Positions 50,767 through 62,104 of a DNA stretch of 64,000 bases are shown piece by piece (position 1 is the stretch's first letter; each line of letters opens with the position of its first letter). The notes under the pieces are model-generated. The model searched no databases, was not told the DNA's origin, and worked only from the letters and a program-made list of their open reading frames with translations. The DNA comes from Vulcanimicrobiota bacterium (lineage in GTDB: Bacteria > Vulcanimicrobiota > Vulcanimicrobiia > Vulcanimicrobiales > Vulcanimicrobiaceae): the NCBI GenBank assembly GCA_963795855.1, contig CAWCIZ010000003.1, positions 960,001-1,024,000 of the forward strand, written 5' to 3'. A program made the position numbers and the translations under genes.

Positions 50767-51539
50767 ACGGCGCACCGCGGCCCGCCGCGTCCGTCGTGCC
50801 GCTGCTCTGCGGCGCGAGCGCGGCCGCACCGGGCGTGCTGTGGCTGCACGAAAGCCGCGCAATCGTTGCGGCGGACGTGCACTTTGCGTACGAGCACGTC
50901 ATCGGCGCGGCGCTCCCCGCCTGGAGCACCGCGGAAATCGTCGCCTCGCTCACGATAGCGGCGCGAAGTTTCCAAGCGAACGAAATCGTTTTGCTCGGCG
51001 ACGTCATCCACGGCAGCCGCATGAGCGAGGCTGCCGCGCGGTGCGTGCGCGACGCGTTGGACGTGCTGCGCGGCATCGCGACGCTCACAATCGTTGCCGG
51101 AAATCACGAAGGCCGATCGCGCGGTGCGGCGGTGCTGGGTGAAACGGTGGAATCCATCAGACGCGACGGCTGGCTTTTGCTGCACGGCGATCGTCCGCCT
51201 CAGGGCGTCGATAGTTTGTTCACGCGCAGCATCATCGGACATTTGCATCCGAGTCTCGCGCTGCGTGCGGGCACCAGCGCGCCTGCGTTTCTGGCTTCCG
51301 ACAAGCTGATCGTTTTGCCGGCCCTCACGCCGTACTCTCGCGGGCTCGACGTTTGCTCGGAAGCTTGTGCGAGTGCGCTGCTCCCGTGGGGTGTATCGCC
51401 GCGCGATCTCTGCGTTGTAATCGCCGCGGGCGAGTTGCTCTATCCGTTCGGTCTGCTTTCCGAACTGCGGCGTGTCGTGAACGCCGATGAAGGTGCGCTA
51501 GTGCGCAGAAAACCCGGACACCGCGGCCGGCAGCCATGA
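50763..51539 (+). CDS. Metallophosphoesterase (Lhr-associated MPE-like nuclease)
   Basis: ADVH, LGDVIH, GNHE, LHGD, GHLHP; ATGA overlap with the lhr stop. Confidence 0.85.
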   Translation: MNGAPRPAASVVPLLCGASAAAPGVLWLHESRAIVAADVHFAYEHVIGAALPAWSTAEIVASLTIAARSFQANEIVLLGDVIHGSRMSEAAARCVRDALDVLRGIATLTIVAGNHEGRSRGAAVLGETVESIRRDGWLLLHGDRPPQGVDSLFTRSIIGHLHPSLALRAGTSAPAFLASDKLIVLPALTPYSRGLDVCSEACASALLPWGVSPRDLCVVIAAGELLYPFGLLSELRRVVNADEGALVRRKPGHRGRQP

Positions 51540-52280
51540 CGGGTGCGCGAAAATCAGCGCGCTCCAAAATAGCAGCAACGACCCCGCGACCGGCACCGCG
51601 GCGCGCCCGCCGCGGGACGTCTTCTCGAAGATCATCAACGCGGTGAGCGCGGCCATCCACCACAGATTCGCAAAACCCGCGGCAAAGCCGATCAGCATGA
51701 GCGCCCAGCAGCATCCCACGCAGAAGAGCCCGTGGCGCGTTCCCAAGCTGAATGCCGCCGCCGGACCACGCCGGTAATAGCGAACCAGAAAATTCGACGG
51801 AAGGCGGCACGCGCGCAGACACGCGTCCTTGAGCGGCGTGAACTGGAATACGCCCGCCGCCGCAAGCACGGCTCCGCTGATGAGCCAGGGATGCGCGGCC
51901 AGCCATGCGACGCGATCGACGGTGCGATGCAGCGCGACGTCGCCCGCGAATGCGAACGCTCCGAAAACCGACCACACCAGAACGTAACCACCGAGAAACA
52001 GCGTAATCGCCGTCGCAGGGCGCGCCTGTCCCGATGCTGCGATTGCGAACATGCGCATGAACGGAAGGCTCGACGGCAGCATCATCGCCGCAATCATCAC
52101 GAGCCAAGCGACGAGGAACAACGCGAGCGCAACTGCGCCAGGAGGTCCGCGCTCGATCAGCCGATCGTGATGCAGAAATACCGCCGAGCCGGAAACCTGC
52201 GCGGCAATGGCAATGCACCACGCGACCAGAACCGCGGCGGGAATTGCAATCGGCAATCCCGCCGGGCGCGTCGACTGCAT
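51498..52280 (-). CDS. DUF2182 predicted metal-binding membrane protein
   Basis: W.VMIAAMMLPS, FQFTPLKDACL..CR, G..CVGCCWALM, M..LT..M..EK. Confidence 0.88.
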   Translation of the reverse strand: MQSTRPAGLPIAIPAAVLVAWCIAIAAQVSGSAVFLHHDRLIERGPPGAVALALFLVAWLVMIAAMMLPSSLPFMRMFAIAASGQARPATAITLFLGGYVLVWSVFGAFAFAGDVALHRTVDRVAWLAAHPWLISGAVLAAAGVFQFTPLKDACLRACRLPSNFLVRYYRRGPAAAFSLGTRHGLFCVGCCWALMLIGFAAGFANLWWMAALTALMIFEKTSRGGRAAVPVAGSLLLFWSALIFAHPSWLPAAVSGFSAH

Positions 52281-52281
52281 G

Positions 52282-52941
52282 CTAAACGCTATACGTGATG
52301 TTGTAGTCGCCCTGTATGGCGTTGCGGCCCTCGAACGACCAGGCCCAACCCTTGCCGTACTTCGTCGCATCGACGCGGTGATAACTCGCTTTCGAGACGT
52401 ATGCCGGAGTGCCGGGTATCGTCGAAAAAATCGAGTCGCGCAGCGTCGTCGCGGTGCCGTCCGGTCCGTGATACGGCGACATGGATGCGCTGATGTACGT
52501 ACCGGCCTTGAGTTCGCCCGCGCCTCCACGCACTTCGTGCGCGATCGGAACGCGTTCGAGTGCGACGATCTCGCCGACCAACTGCGCGAGGTCCGCGAGC
52601 GGGCCGCCGAGTTTGCCGGTATACGCATCCGTCAACGCCTGCACTTGCTGATCGGTCGCCTTGTCGTCGACGAGCACGATAACTTTCCAGCTTTTCGGCG
52701 TGAGCACGTTGCCGGGAATTTTGCTCAGAAAAATCATCGAGAGACCGCTGACGTCGACGCCCGCGATCTCGCCGCGATCGAAGTGATAGGCGACGAACGC
52801 ATCGCACGTGCCGTTGTCCGGGTTTTCACCTATCCAACACGGACAAAGGACGTCGCACGAGCACGCCTCGAGAAGCGTGCCTTGGAGAGTGTAAATGGAC
52901 GACTTTACCTGTTCCCGGCCGCCGGGCTGTACTGTTGCCAT
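52282..52941 (-). CDS. DUF1326 protein
   Basis: EACSCDVLCPCW...P..G.C, G...GVDVSGL, VDDKAT..Q..AL...TGKLGGP. Confidence 0.88.
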   Translation of the reverse strand: MATVQPGGREQVKSSIYTLQGTLLEACSCDVLCPCWIGENPDNGTCDAFVAYHFDRGEIAGVDVSGLSMIFLSKIPGNVLTPKSWKVIVLVDDKATDQQVQALTDAYTGKLGGPLADLAQLVGEIVALERVPIAHEVRGGAGELKAGTYISASMSPYHGPDGTATTLRDSIFSTIPGTPAYVSKASYHRVDATKYGKGWAWSFEGRNAIQGDYNITYSV

Positions 52942-52977
52942 GGCATAATCCCCTTCAGAGTATTAACCGAGGCCAAC

Positions 52978-53006
52978 AGTATACTGCCGTACCGGGGCGG
53001 CGGTAA
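52978..53006 (-). promoter_or_regulatory. Putative sigma70 promoter for DUF1326-DUF2182
   Basis: TTACCG-N17-TATACT; the -10 lies inside palindrome CAGTATACTG (52977-52986). Confidence 0.5.
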
Positions 53007-53104
53007 CGTCTGAAAGTCCCCATATGCGGCGCGGTGGCCGAACGTAAGAAGTGGAGCTTTTGCTCGTCCGCGAAGTCTGCCGACACGGCGCCGGCTAGCA
53101 GTGG

Positions 53105-53656
53105 TTATCGCGCTGATGCGAGCACATCGAGCATGGAATAGATTGCACCCACGTGCGGAACGGAATCGATGGTGCCGGTGCGCAGCATCGCCCGAACCTC
53201 TTCCAAAGTCGCCAGTTCGACGGCAATGTTTTCCGTGACGTCGAGGTGCTGCTCGCGCGTTTTTGACGCATCGCGCGCGAAAAACAGATGTGCGACGGTA
53301 TCTGCGTTCGTGGGGTCCGTGACGAACGAGCGCACGAACTCCACGCGCTCGGCGGTGTAGCCGGTTTCCTCGGCGAGCTCGCGCACGGCCGTTTCGTGCG
53401 GAGCTTCGCCTTCGTCGATCGCTCCGGCCACGAGTTCGAGCAGCACCTTTCGGACACCGTGTTTGTACTGACGCACGAGCACGACGCGGCGATCGGGCGT
53501 CAGCGCGAACACGATCACGTAACCGCGGCTCTCGCGCACGAAGTAGTCGTCGATGACGGTTCCATCCGGCAGTTTGATCCGGTCGCGCCGTATTCGCAGA
53601 TATGGGCTGTCGATGACGTAAGAGGAAGCCGTGACCTGCCAACCAGGATCGTCCAT
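53105..53656 (-). CDS. NUDIX hydrolase (ADP-ribose pyrophosphatase-like)
   Basis: LVRQYKH, Nudix box GAIDEGE...TAVRELAEETGY. Confidence 0.92.
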   Translation of the reverse strand: MDDPGWQVTASSYVIDSPYLRIRRDRIKLPDGTVIDDYFVRESRGYVIVFALTPDRRVVLVRQYKHGVRKVLLELVAGAIDEGEAPHETAVRELAEETGYTAERVEFVRSFVTDPTNADTVAHLFFARDASKTREQHLDVTENIAVELATLEEVRAMLRTGTIDSVPHVGAIYSMLDVLASAR

Positions 53657-53721
53657 CGCCGCGCCACGTTCGCACGGCGCGCGGCGGGTCCCCGCTTCAA
53701 CGTCGCGTAATGAGGCCCGCG

Positions 53722-55324
53722 ATGAGCAAAATCGTCGTCATCGGAGGCGGCACGATGGGTGCCGGGATCGCGTTCGTCGCGGCGGCAGCCGGCTTCGACG
53801 TCGACCTCGTCGAACCGGACGTCCCCGCCGCGGACCGCGCCAAGCAGCGCATCGCGCGCGATGCCGAACGCGCCAAACTGCCGGACGCGGCGGCGCGCGT
53901 GCAACTGTACTCCACGCTCCAAAGCGGCTCCCAAGCCGATGCGGTCATAGAAGCGGTGCCGGAACGGCTCGATCTCAAGCGCGAGATCTTCGCTCAGATG
54001 GCGCGCACATTCGACGCCGGTACGCTCTTCGCGACCAATACGTCCTCGCTTTCGGTCGGCGAGATCGCGGAAAGGGTTCCGAACCCGGAGCGCGTGGCGG
54101 GTCTGCATTTCTTCAATCCGCCCGCGGCTATGAAATTGGTGGAGATCGTCCGCGCCGAATGCACGAGCGACGAAACGCTCGAACGCGCGCGAGCGATCGT
54201 CGAGCGCTTCGGAAAAACGGCCGTCTTGACTACGGATTCACCGGGGTTCATCGTGAATCGCGTCGCGCGGCCGTTCTATTTGCAGGCAATGCGTGCTTAC
54301 GCCGCAGGCGTCGCTCCTTTGGACGATCTCGATCGGCTTGCGCGCGGCGCCGGCTTTCGCATGGGGCCGTTCGAGTTGATGGACCTGATCGGAATGGACG
54401 TGAATCTGGCCACCACGGAATCCGTCTACGAGCGCACGGGCGCGGAGCGGTTCGAACCGCTGGCGCTGCAGCGTCAATTGGTCGCGCAGAACCGGCTCGG
54501 AAGAAAAACCGGAGCCGGGTTCTACGATTACGCGCAAGGCGTGCCGCAGCACGACGATGCGGTGCCGGTACCGTCCGCGGAAATGGATAGCGACGAACGA
54601 ATCGTCATCATCGGCTACGCGGGGCTAGCCGTCGAAATGCACGACCGCCTCGCAAAACAGTACGCGAGCGTAGATCTGTGGGAAGACGAAGAGACGCTCG
54701 ACGAGATTTCGCGCGACGCCACCGTCGTTTTCGACGTAGGCGACGGCGCTTCCGATCGCGGTGAGACGATCAAGATGCTCGACGGCGAACTGCCGCCTGA
54801 AACGGTTCTGTTCGCCGACGCGTACGCCACCGATCTTCGAAGCCTCGCGACGCGTTTGGAACATCCGGAACGCGTCGTCGGTTACGGCATTCTCGCGTCG
54901 CTGGAGAATCAGCGTATGGTCGAAATCGTCGACGCCGACGAAACCTCGGACGATGCGCTCGAACTCGCTCAGGAGCTCGTTCGAAAGCATCGGATGCGCC
55001 GTCGTTTTAGTCGAAAACCATGCGGGGCTGTTTCTTGGCCGAACCGTGGGCTCGATCGTGAACGAGGCGGTGTGCGTCGTGCAGAATGAAATCGCAACTC
55101 CGGAAGACGTCGATCTCGCGATGCGGCTCGGAACGAACTATCCGCGCGGCCCGATCGAATGGGGGCGAGAGATCGGCGGCGACCGCGTGCGCCGCATCCT
55201 GCAACGAGTGGCGGCGGAAGATGGCAGTGCGTTCGAGCCGAGCCGCGCGTTGTGGGTTCTCGACGTGCAGCCGCAAGAGGAAACGGCGGAAGAGAACGAC
55301 GCGTATCCGGGTTTGAGGCTTTAG
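53722..55324 (+). CDS. paaH: 3-hydroxyacyl-CoA dehydrogenase, PaaH-like (frameshift ~54985)
   Basis: GGGTMGAGIA, EAVPE, TNTSSLS, GLHFFNP, PGFIVNR, MGPFELMD; duplicated C-domain DLAMRLGTNYPRGP. Confidence 0.88.
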
Positions 55325-56509
55325 GTGGAGAGAGAAGTTTGGGTCGTCGATGCGGTGCGTACGCCGATCGGACGGTACGGCGGCGCGCTTGCCGGCGTGC
55401 GTCCCGACGATTTGGCGGCCGCCGTTTTGCGCGCGCTCGTCGAACGCACGGGCGCCGACGCTTCACGCATCGACGACGTGCTGCTCGGTGCGGCAAATCA
55501 GAGCGGCGAAGACAATCGCAACGTCGCGCGCATGGCGGCGCTGCTCGCCGGTTTTCCCGTCGAGGTTCCCGGAACGACCCTCAACCGGTTGTGCGGCAGC
55601 AGTTTGCAGGCGATCAATTCCGCCGCACACGCGATCGCGTGGGGCGATGGCGAGGTGATGATCGCGGGCGGCGTGGAATCGATGACGCGCGCGCCCTTCG
55701 TGCAACTCAAAGCGGAGCGGCCCTACGAACGTCCACCGCAGCTTTTCGACACGACGATCGGCTGGCGCATGATCAACCCGCGTATGAAAGAACTCTACCC
55801 GCCGATATCGCTCGGCGAGACCGCCGAGAAGGTCGCGGCGCAGTACGGCATATCGCGCGTAGAGCAAGATCGGTTCGCGCTCGAATCGCAAAGGCGGACC
55901 AAAGCGGCGACGGCGCGGCACGCGTTCGATGATGAGATCGTTCCCGTGGGAGACGTGCGCGTCGACGAACATCCGCGTCCGGATACGACGCTCGATGCGC
56001 TTGCGAAGCTCAAGCCTGCGTTCAAGAAAGACGGAACCGTCACCGCCGGAAACTCTTCCGGAATCAACGACGGCGCCTCGGCGCTGCTGCTCTGCGAAGC
56101 CGGCGCGGCCAAGCGCCTCGGTTTGCGGCCGATGGCGCGCGTCGTCGCGTCAGGGGTAGCGGGCGTGCACCCCGACGTGATGGGCCTTGGCCCTATACCG
56201 GCAAGCCGCAAGGCGCTCGAACGCGCGGGCCTGAGCATGCGCGACGTCGACCTCGTGGAGATCAACGAAGCGTTCGCGGCTCAGTCCATCGCGTGCATGC
56301 GCGACCTGGAAATCGACGGCGCAAAGGCGAACGTCAACGGGGGCGCAATCGCACTCGGGCATCCGCTCGGCGCGAGCGGAGCGCGGATCGCGACGACGCT
56401 GCTGCACGAGATGCGCCGCAGGCGCGCGCGTTACGGTTTGGCGACGATGTGCATCGGCGTCGGACAAGGCATCACGACGATTTTCGAAAGGCTGGAAAGC
56501 GGAGAATGA
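55325..56509 (+). CDS. paaJ: 3-oxoadipyl-CoA thiolase-like acetyl-CoA C-acyltransferase
   Basis: [59 protein letters not shown]. Confidence 0.9.
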   Translation: MEREVWVVDAVRTPIGRYGGALAGVRPDDLAAAVLRALVERTGADASRIDDVLLGAANQSGEDNRNVARMAALLAGFPVEVPGTTLNRLCGSSLQAINSAAHAIAWGDGEVMIAGGVESMTRAPFVQLKAERPYERPPQLFDTTIGWRMINPRMKELYPPISLGETAEKVAAQYGISRVEQDRFALESQRRTKAATARHAFDDEIVPVGDVRVDEHPRPDTTLDALAKLKPAFKKDGTVTAGNSSGINDGASALLLCEAGAAKRLGLRPMARVVASGVAGVHPDVMGLGPIPASRKALERAGLSMRDVDLVEINEAFAAQSIACMRDLEIDGAKANVNGGAIALGHPLGASGARIATTLLHEMRRRRARYGLATMCIGVGQGITTIFERLESGE

Positions 56510-57999
56510 CCGCCACTGCACCGAGCATCAAAACCCAACTCCTGATCGGCAAGGAGTGGCTCGACGCGCAAAGCGGCGGCACGTATGCCGACGTGAATCC
56601 GGCAACCGGCGCGGTTCTCGCCGACGTCGCGAATGCGGACGCCGCCGACGTCGATCGCGCGGTGAAGGCGGCCCGCGCGGCATTCGAGCGCGGCAAATGG
56701 GCGACCATGGCTGCATCGCGCCGCGCGAAAATCATTTACAAGATGGCGCAGCTCATCGCCGAGCGCGCGAACGACTTGGCGCTGCTCGAAGTTCGAGACA
56801 ACGGAAAAACGATCGGCACGGCGAAGGGCGAACTCGGCGCAATCGTCGACTGCTTTGAATTTTACGCCGGTGCTGCCACGAAAAATTACGGAAGCACGTT
56901 GCCCGCACCGATGCCGGGATACCTTGCGTACACGGTGCGCGAACCGGTCGGCGTCGTCGGCGCGATCGTTCCGTGGAATTTCCCGCTGCTGCTCGCGTCC
57001 TGGAAGGTGGCGCCCGCCTTGGCCGCGGGGTGCGCCGTCGTGCTCAAACCCGCGCCGTCCACGCCGCTTACGGCAATCGAACTGGGCAAGATTGCGCTCG
57101 AGGCGGGATTACCCGAAGGCGTTCTCAACGTGCTCACCGGTTCCACCACGAACCTGGGCCAAGCGATCGTCGAGCACCCCGGCATCGACAAGATCGCGTT
57201 TACCGGAAGTACGGCAACCGGCAAGCGCGTTGCCGCGACGGCCGCGCAAACGGTCAAGCGCGTAACGCTGGAACTGGGCGGCAAGTCGCCTTCGATCGTA
57301 TTCGACGATGCCGATCTGACGCAAGCGGTGAACGGCGCGTTGTACGGTATTTTCTACAACGCCGGGCAAACGTGCGAAGCGCGCTCGCGCGTGCTGGTGG
57401 ACGAGCGAATCGCGGACGAATTCATCGCGCAATTTCGCGACAAGGCGCTCAAGCTGCGAATCGGCAACCCGGAAGATCCGCAGACGCAAATCGGCGCAAT
57501 AACGATGCGGGAGCAGTTCGAAAAGATTCGATCGTACTGCGAGATCGGTGCCTCTGAAGGTGCGACCAAACTTTTCGGCGGCGAGCCCGCGCAGCTTACG
57601 AGCGATTTCGTGCGCGGCTGGTTTTGGAATGCGACGGCATTCGAAGCGCAGGCCGGCCATCGCATCGCGCGCGAAGAGATCTTCGGCCCGGTAGCCGCGT
57701 TCGTGCGGTTCAAGGATGAAGCGCATGCCGTCGCGCTCGCGAACGACTCGGAGTACGGATTATCCGCCAGCGTTTGGTCGCAGAACGTCGGCCGTGTGAA
57801 TCGCGTGGCGGCAGCGCTTCGCAGCGGCACGGTCGCGATCAACACGCCGTACGCCGTTTTCCCCGGCGTACCGTTCGGAGGGTATAAACAATCCGGTTAC
57901 GGGCGCGAACTGGGGTACGAGACTGTAGCGCTCTACTCGGAAACGAAAAGCGTGTTGACGTACGTGGGCGAAAAACCCATCAATCCATTTGGAGCTTGA
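56506..57999 (+). CDS. NAD(P)-dependent aldehyde dehydrogenase
   Basis: [41 protein letters not shown]. Confidence 0.95.
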   Translation: MTATAPSIKTQLLIGKEWLDAQSGGTYADVNPATGAVLADVANADAADVDRAVKAARAAFERGKWATMAASRRAKIIYKMAQLIAERANDLALLEVRDNGKTIGTAKGELGAIVDCFEFYAGAATKNYGSTLPAPMPGYLAYTVREPVGVVGAIVPWNFPLLLASWKVAPALAAGCAVVLKPAPSTPLTAIELGKIALEAGLPEGVLNVLTGSTTNLGQAIVEHPGIDKIAFTGSTATGKRVAATAAQTVKRVTLELGGKSPSIVFDDADLTQAVNGALYGIFYNAGQTCEARSRVLVDERIADEFIAQFRDKALKLRIGNPEDPQTQIGAITMREQFEKIRSYCEIGASEGATKLFGGEPAQLTSDFVRGWFWNATAFEAQAGHRIAREEIFGPVAAFVRFKDEAHAVALANDSEYGLSASVWSQNVGRVNRVAAALRSGTVAINTPYAVFPGVPFGGYKQSGYGRELGYETVALYSETKSVLTYVGEKPINPFGA

Positions 58000-58332
58000 G
58001 CCATCGAAGCGCTGAAAATCGGGGAACGTTACCAGACGACGTATGGGACGCTGTGGAAGGACGGCACGTACTTTCCTCGCGGTACGAGCGTGCTGGTCGT
58101 CGGGCTTCATCTCGAAGAAGGCTTTTGCGTTCGTTTCCCGGCGGAAGTCGAGGGCGAGTCGTTGGAGACGTGGGAAGATTGGGGCGAGTGTGATTTCCTC
58201 GCGGAGGTGGGGAGCATCGAAGAAATCGCGCCGGTTTCACAAGCGATGCTCGCGGAGGCACGCGAGGTTCTTCGCGATGCGGAAGACGGCTGTCACCTGC
58301 ACTTGCACGAGGGCGACGAGCCGCAGAGTTAG
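57996..58332 (+). CDS. Small acidic hypothetical protein (start uncertain)
   Basis: Open frame IEALKIGERYQTT..HLHEGDEPQS* fills the gap; GGAG+TTG at 57996 is one base out of frame. Confidence 0.5.
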
Positions 58333-58434
58333 CGATACTATCCACAAGGTGAGCGCGCGCGCGCGGAAAATTGTGACGGCGGCAGCGGTGCTACGATCCG
58401 CGGCCGCTTCTTCGTTTTTTGAAAAGGATTGTTT

Positions 58435-61120
58435 ATGAAGGTACGGGCTTTGGTTTTTGCGGCGATGGCGGCCGTGCTGGCAATGCCGTCGCTCGCGCGC
58501 GCCGCCGACAACGCAGGCACCATCGCCGGAAGCGTGCACAACACGTCCGGCGCGCCGATCGCCGACGCAAACGTCATAGCGAGCGGAGCGGTCACTCAGC
58601 GCACCTCGACCGATTCCTCAGGCAAGTTCGCGTTGACGCTTCCGGCCGGATTCTACCGAATCGACGTGAGCAAAGGCGGCTACCTCGCAGCCACCGAGAC
58701 GGATCTCACCTTACTCGCGGGCGCGACGCTGCCGGTCGACATCACGCTGCAGCAAGCGGACCTCGCTTCGCTCAAGACGATTGCGCGCGTGACCAGCTCC
58801 CGCTCGCAGCTCGATCAACACCGGAGCCGCAGCAATCGCGATTGCCGGACGTCAAGAGTTCGCAAATCTTGCGTCCCCGCAGATCAACGACGTCGTCGAA
58901 CGTATTCCCGGTGCGGACATCGAGAAAGGCTCCAGTTCGCCGAACACGAGCTTCACCGTGGCCGGCACGCAGGGCTATGAAACGCAAGTATTGATCGAGG
59001 GCCATCCCGTTTCGATCGGACGCTACGGCGTCTGGTTTTCTCAGTTCTTCAACTCGTTCATGGTAGGTAATGTCGAGGCGCAGCTCGGCCCCGGCAACAC
59101 CACGCCGTTCGCGGGCACCGCGGTCGGCGGCACGATCAACATCACGACGCCCGCGTATACGAAGAACGGCGCCTATCATTTGGTGACCGGCGAAGATTCG
59201 CTCGCCGGCAGCTACACCAACGCGCTGTACAGCGGCAGCAGCGGTAAACTTTCGTACATGGCGGGGCTGGGAACGGCCGGCGTGAACACGCCGTATACCG
59301 GCACGTACGGTTGCGTTTTGGATGCGACGAACAAAAAGACGTGGAACACCGCGGGCGCGCAAGGCGTCGTCTCGTTCTGCGGCGACCTGGGCGGCGGGCA
59401 GTTCAACAAGGCGGAACTGCTCAAAGCGAAATGGGACTTCTCGCCGAGCACCTCGTTCGAATTCGGCTTTATGGGATCGCAGGCCGGATACAATCCGCAG
59501 GGCAGTGCGTACGGGTTGCTCGCGCCCAATACGACGGTTGCCAACTGCATCACGGTCGGCAGCGGCGCATCCGTGCACCAAGAATGCACGAATCCCGCGT
59601 ACGCCGGCATGGCAGGACAGAAAATCAACGGTCTGTTTTTCTATCCCGGATCGGCGGTATCGAACAACATGCCGCTCTTCACCGCGCAGTTGCGCACCGC
59701 CCTCGGCAACAATACGCTGCTGGTTCGACCGTACGGCGGATCGATCACGCGCATCATCGACGGCTCGGGCGAAGCGGACTACGGCATCTGGTGGTATCCG
59801 AAGTCGGATCCGAACGCCGCGAACGCGTGCTCGAACGCGAGCTTCGGCAAACCGATCGTCACGCCGGGTACGGGTATGAACGTCTGTCAAGACACGCCGT
59901 ACACGACGGTGGAAACGGACAAGCTGCGCGGCGCGACGCTGTCGTTCATCCATCCGATGGGCTTGGATCAGCTCACGTTCAACTACGACTACCACAGCGA
60001 TGAAACGTACGCGATCGCCGGCAATCCGAATCAGGCGGGGGGCTTACCGCCCGCCGTTCCCGACACGATGGAGAAGTACAACTCGCTTTCGCTCACGGGC
60101 GATTTCGCGCTGACCGAACGCTTGACGCTCAAAGCCGGCGCGTATCAAAACTGGTGGTATCTGAACGGCTGGGCGCCGACGCTGAACGGTGCGAAGGGAA
60201 CGATCGTTCCGTTCACTCGTACCGTCGGTTCGTTCGATCCGCACGTTGCGCTCACGTATCAACCGCATGGCGGCGAATCGATTCGTTTGGCGCTCGGCAC
60301 GTCGACGACGTTCCCGTACGCCGGTATCGTCAGCGGTACGGCGTACACGACGCCCGGCGCAACCGGTACCGTCGCGCTTAACGGTAAAAATCCGCTGCTC
60401 TCGCCTGAGAAAGCGTACGAAGCGGATCTCGGTTTCGACAAGCGCCTTTGGGACGGCAGCATCGTGAGCCTCGATCTCATCGACACGCAGGTGCACAACG
60501 TGTTCGAGAACTCCTCGATCGCTGTCACCGGCGAGCCGTACAGCGTCATCTATCAACCGCTCAACGCAGCGAATCTTTCCAGCGAATTGGCGATGCTGAC
60601 GTGGCGGCGCGAGCCGCTCGCCGGTTGGGGTTACCGGCTTTCGGTAACCGCAGATCGCTCCGTTCCGAGCGGCATTCCGATCCCCGCATCGCAGAAGAGC
60701 TATTCGATTCCCTCAAACGGCGTGCAGCAGTGCAGCGACGGCGGAAGCGCCGTGTGCATCCCGTATCTCAAAGGATATGCGGCGCTCGAATATACCTTTA
60801 ACGATCGGACGTTCGCGCACATCGGCGTGAACTACCAAGGCAAGAACAACACGTACTTCCAGCCGCCGTTCGCGATCTGGGACGCCACGCTGCGTCGCCC
60901 GATTCCCAACACGCCGCTAAGCGTCCAGGCGTCGGTGTACAATTTGTTCGACACCAACACGTTCGGCGGTCTCGTGACGCCGAACGCCGGAACGCCGCTC
61001 GTGGGCGAGAACGGCACCGGGCAGTACGGCACGTACACGCAGTCGGTACCATTCCCGCTGCTTCCGGTGCAGCCGCGCACGCTGCGCGTGCAGCTCGACT
61101 ACAACGTCGGGGGCCGGTAA
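58435..61120 (+). CDS. TonB-dependent receptor 3 (frameshift ~58805)
   Basis: Signal peptide, GTIAGSV, LKTIARV, plug ERIPG/VLIEGHPV/GGTINI, NPLLSPEKA, YNLFD, PRTLRVQLDY. Confidence 0.9.
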
Positions 61121-61158
61121 GGCATACCATCACTCCCGAGACCGTACCACCGAGCGCG

Positions 61159-62001
61159 TTATTCCCGCGCGGCGCGGAAGAAGTGTTCCGCTTTATTCGA
61201 AACGAGCGAGTAGTATTCGCGGAACAGCGCGGCCGCGACCGTCCCAGGCCAATGCGCGGGCAACAGCGTGCTCGGTAAACCGGGATCGATGTACGTGAAT
61301 TTGCGGTAATCGTGGACAAGCCACATGCGCTCCACGAAGGCCTCGTCATCGCGTAGCGTGCGCCGCGCGCGCTCCTCATGCAGGCGCGGTTCGTAGCGCC
61401 CGATGAACTCGCGGTACTGCTCGGCAATTGCCGGCAGATTCCAGCAGCGTTCGAGCAGTTCGCGGTCGGTGTGCGGGCCGCGATACTCGCCGACGAACAG
61501 ATCGACGGTGTCGAGCACCTGATTCGCTTCCGCCGCGCCGCGCGCGGCTTCGAGCGCGTCATTGGGCGAGACCCACGTGGACGCCGACAGCGGCGCCCAG
61601 CCGAGCACGAGCAAATCTTTGCGCAGGCCGTCACGCCCCTCGCGCCGGCTCTCGGCGACCGAGTACGTGAGCATTCGCCACCGGCCGTCCCACTCGACGA
61701 CCGGACCGTAGATCCGCGGACTGATTGCCTCGACGCGCCGACGGCCTCGGTCGGTGAGGCAGTAATAGGAGCGATTTCCGCGTTTGTCGGCGATAAGCCA
61801 GCCTTGCCGGGACATGCGAGAAACCGCCTGTCGCACGGCGGCCTCGGAGATTCCGAACTCCCCCATAAGGCGAATCAGACCCCCGACCCAAAGCTCGCCT
61901 TTGGCCGTCGGATCGCGGTGGACGAAGTCCCCGAACAACGTATAAATGAACGAATTGGGGCGCGTTACCGCGCGCTGCTCAGGAGCGAGCGCCACCTTCA
62001 C
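61159..62001 (-). CDS. paaX: PaaX-family transcriptional repressor
   Basis: S.IYTLFGD, GISEAAVRQAVSRM, WDGRW, WVSP, CWNL....Y.EF, LVH.YRKF...DPGLP..LLP..WPG; RBS AAGGAG. Confidence 0.93.
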   Translation of the reverse strand: MKVALAPEQRAVTRPNSFIYTLFGDFVHRDPTAKGELWVGGLIRLMGEFGISEAAVRQAVSRMSRQGWLIADKRGNRSYYCLTDRGRRRVEAISPRIYGPVVEWDGRWRMLTYSVAESRREGRDGLRKDLLVLGWAPLSASTWVSPNDALEAARGAAEANQVLDTVDLFVGEYRGPHTDRELLERCWNLPAIAEQYREFIGRYEPRLHEERARRTLRDDEAFVERMWLVHDYRKFTYIDPGLPSTLLPAHWPGTVAAALFREYYSLVSNKAEHFFRAARE

Positions 62002-62007
62002 GTCTCC

Positions 62008-62071
62008 TTGACACGCGCATCCGGGAACGATAATATGACACTATTCTCACGGTACGGTGATTTTCCGTCAT
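62008..62071 (+). promoter_or_regulatory. sigma70 promoter with candidate PaaX operator
   Basis: TTGACA-N17-TAATAT (62008-62036); inverted repeat ATGAC-N27-GTCAT (62035-62071) enclosing TCAC-N6-GTGA. Confidence 0.6.
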
Positions 62072-62104
62072 GGAACCAAGCGGCCCATGACAAGAGGAGT
62101 TTCC

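Noticed and set aside
58371..58420. Third copy of the TBDR leader or an attenuator before TBDR3
   Set aside because: No sequence similarity to the other two; the weak hairpin contains an extended -10-like TGcTACGAT, so it is more likely the promoter itself.
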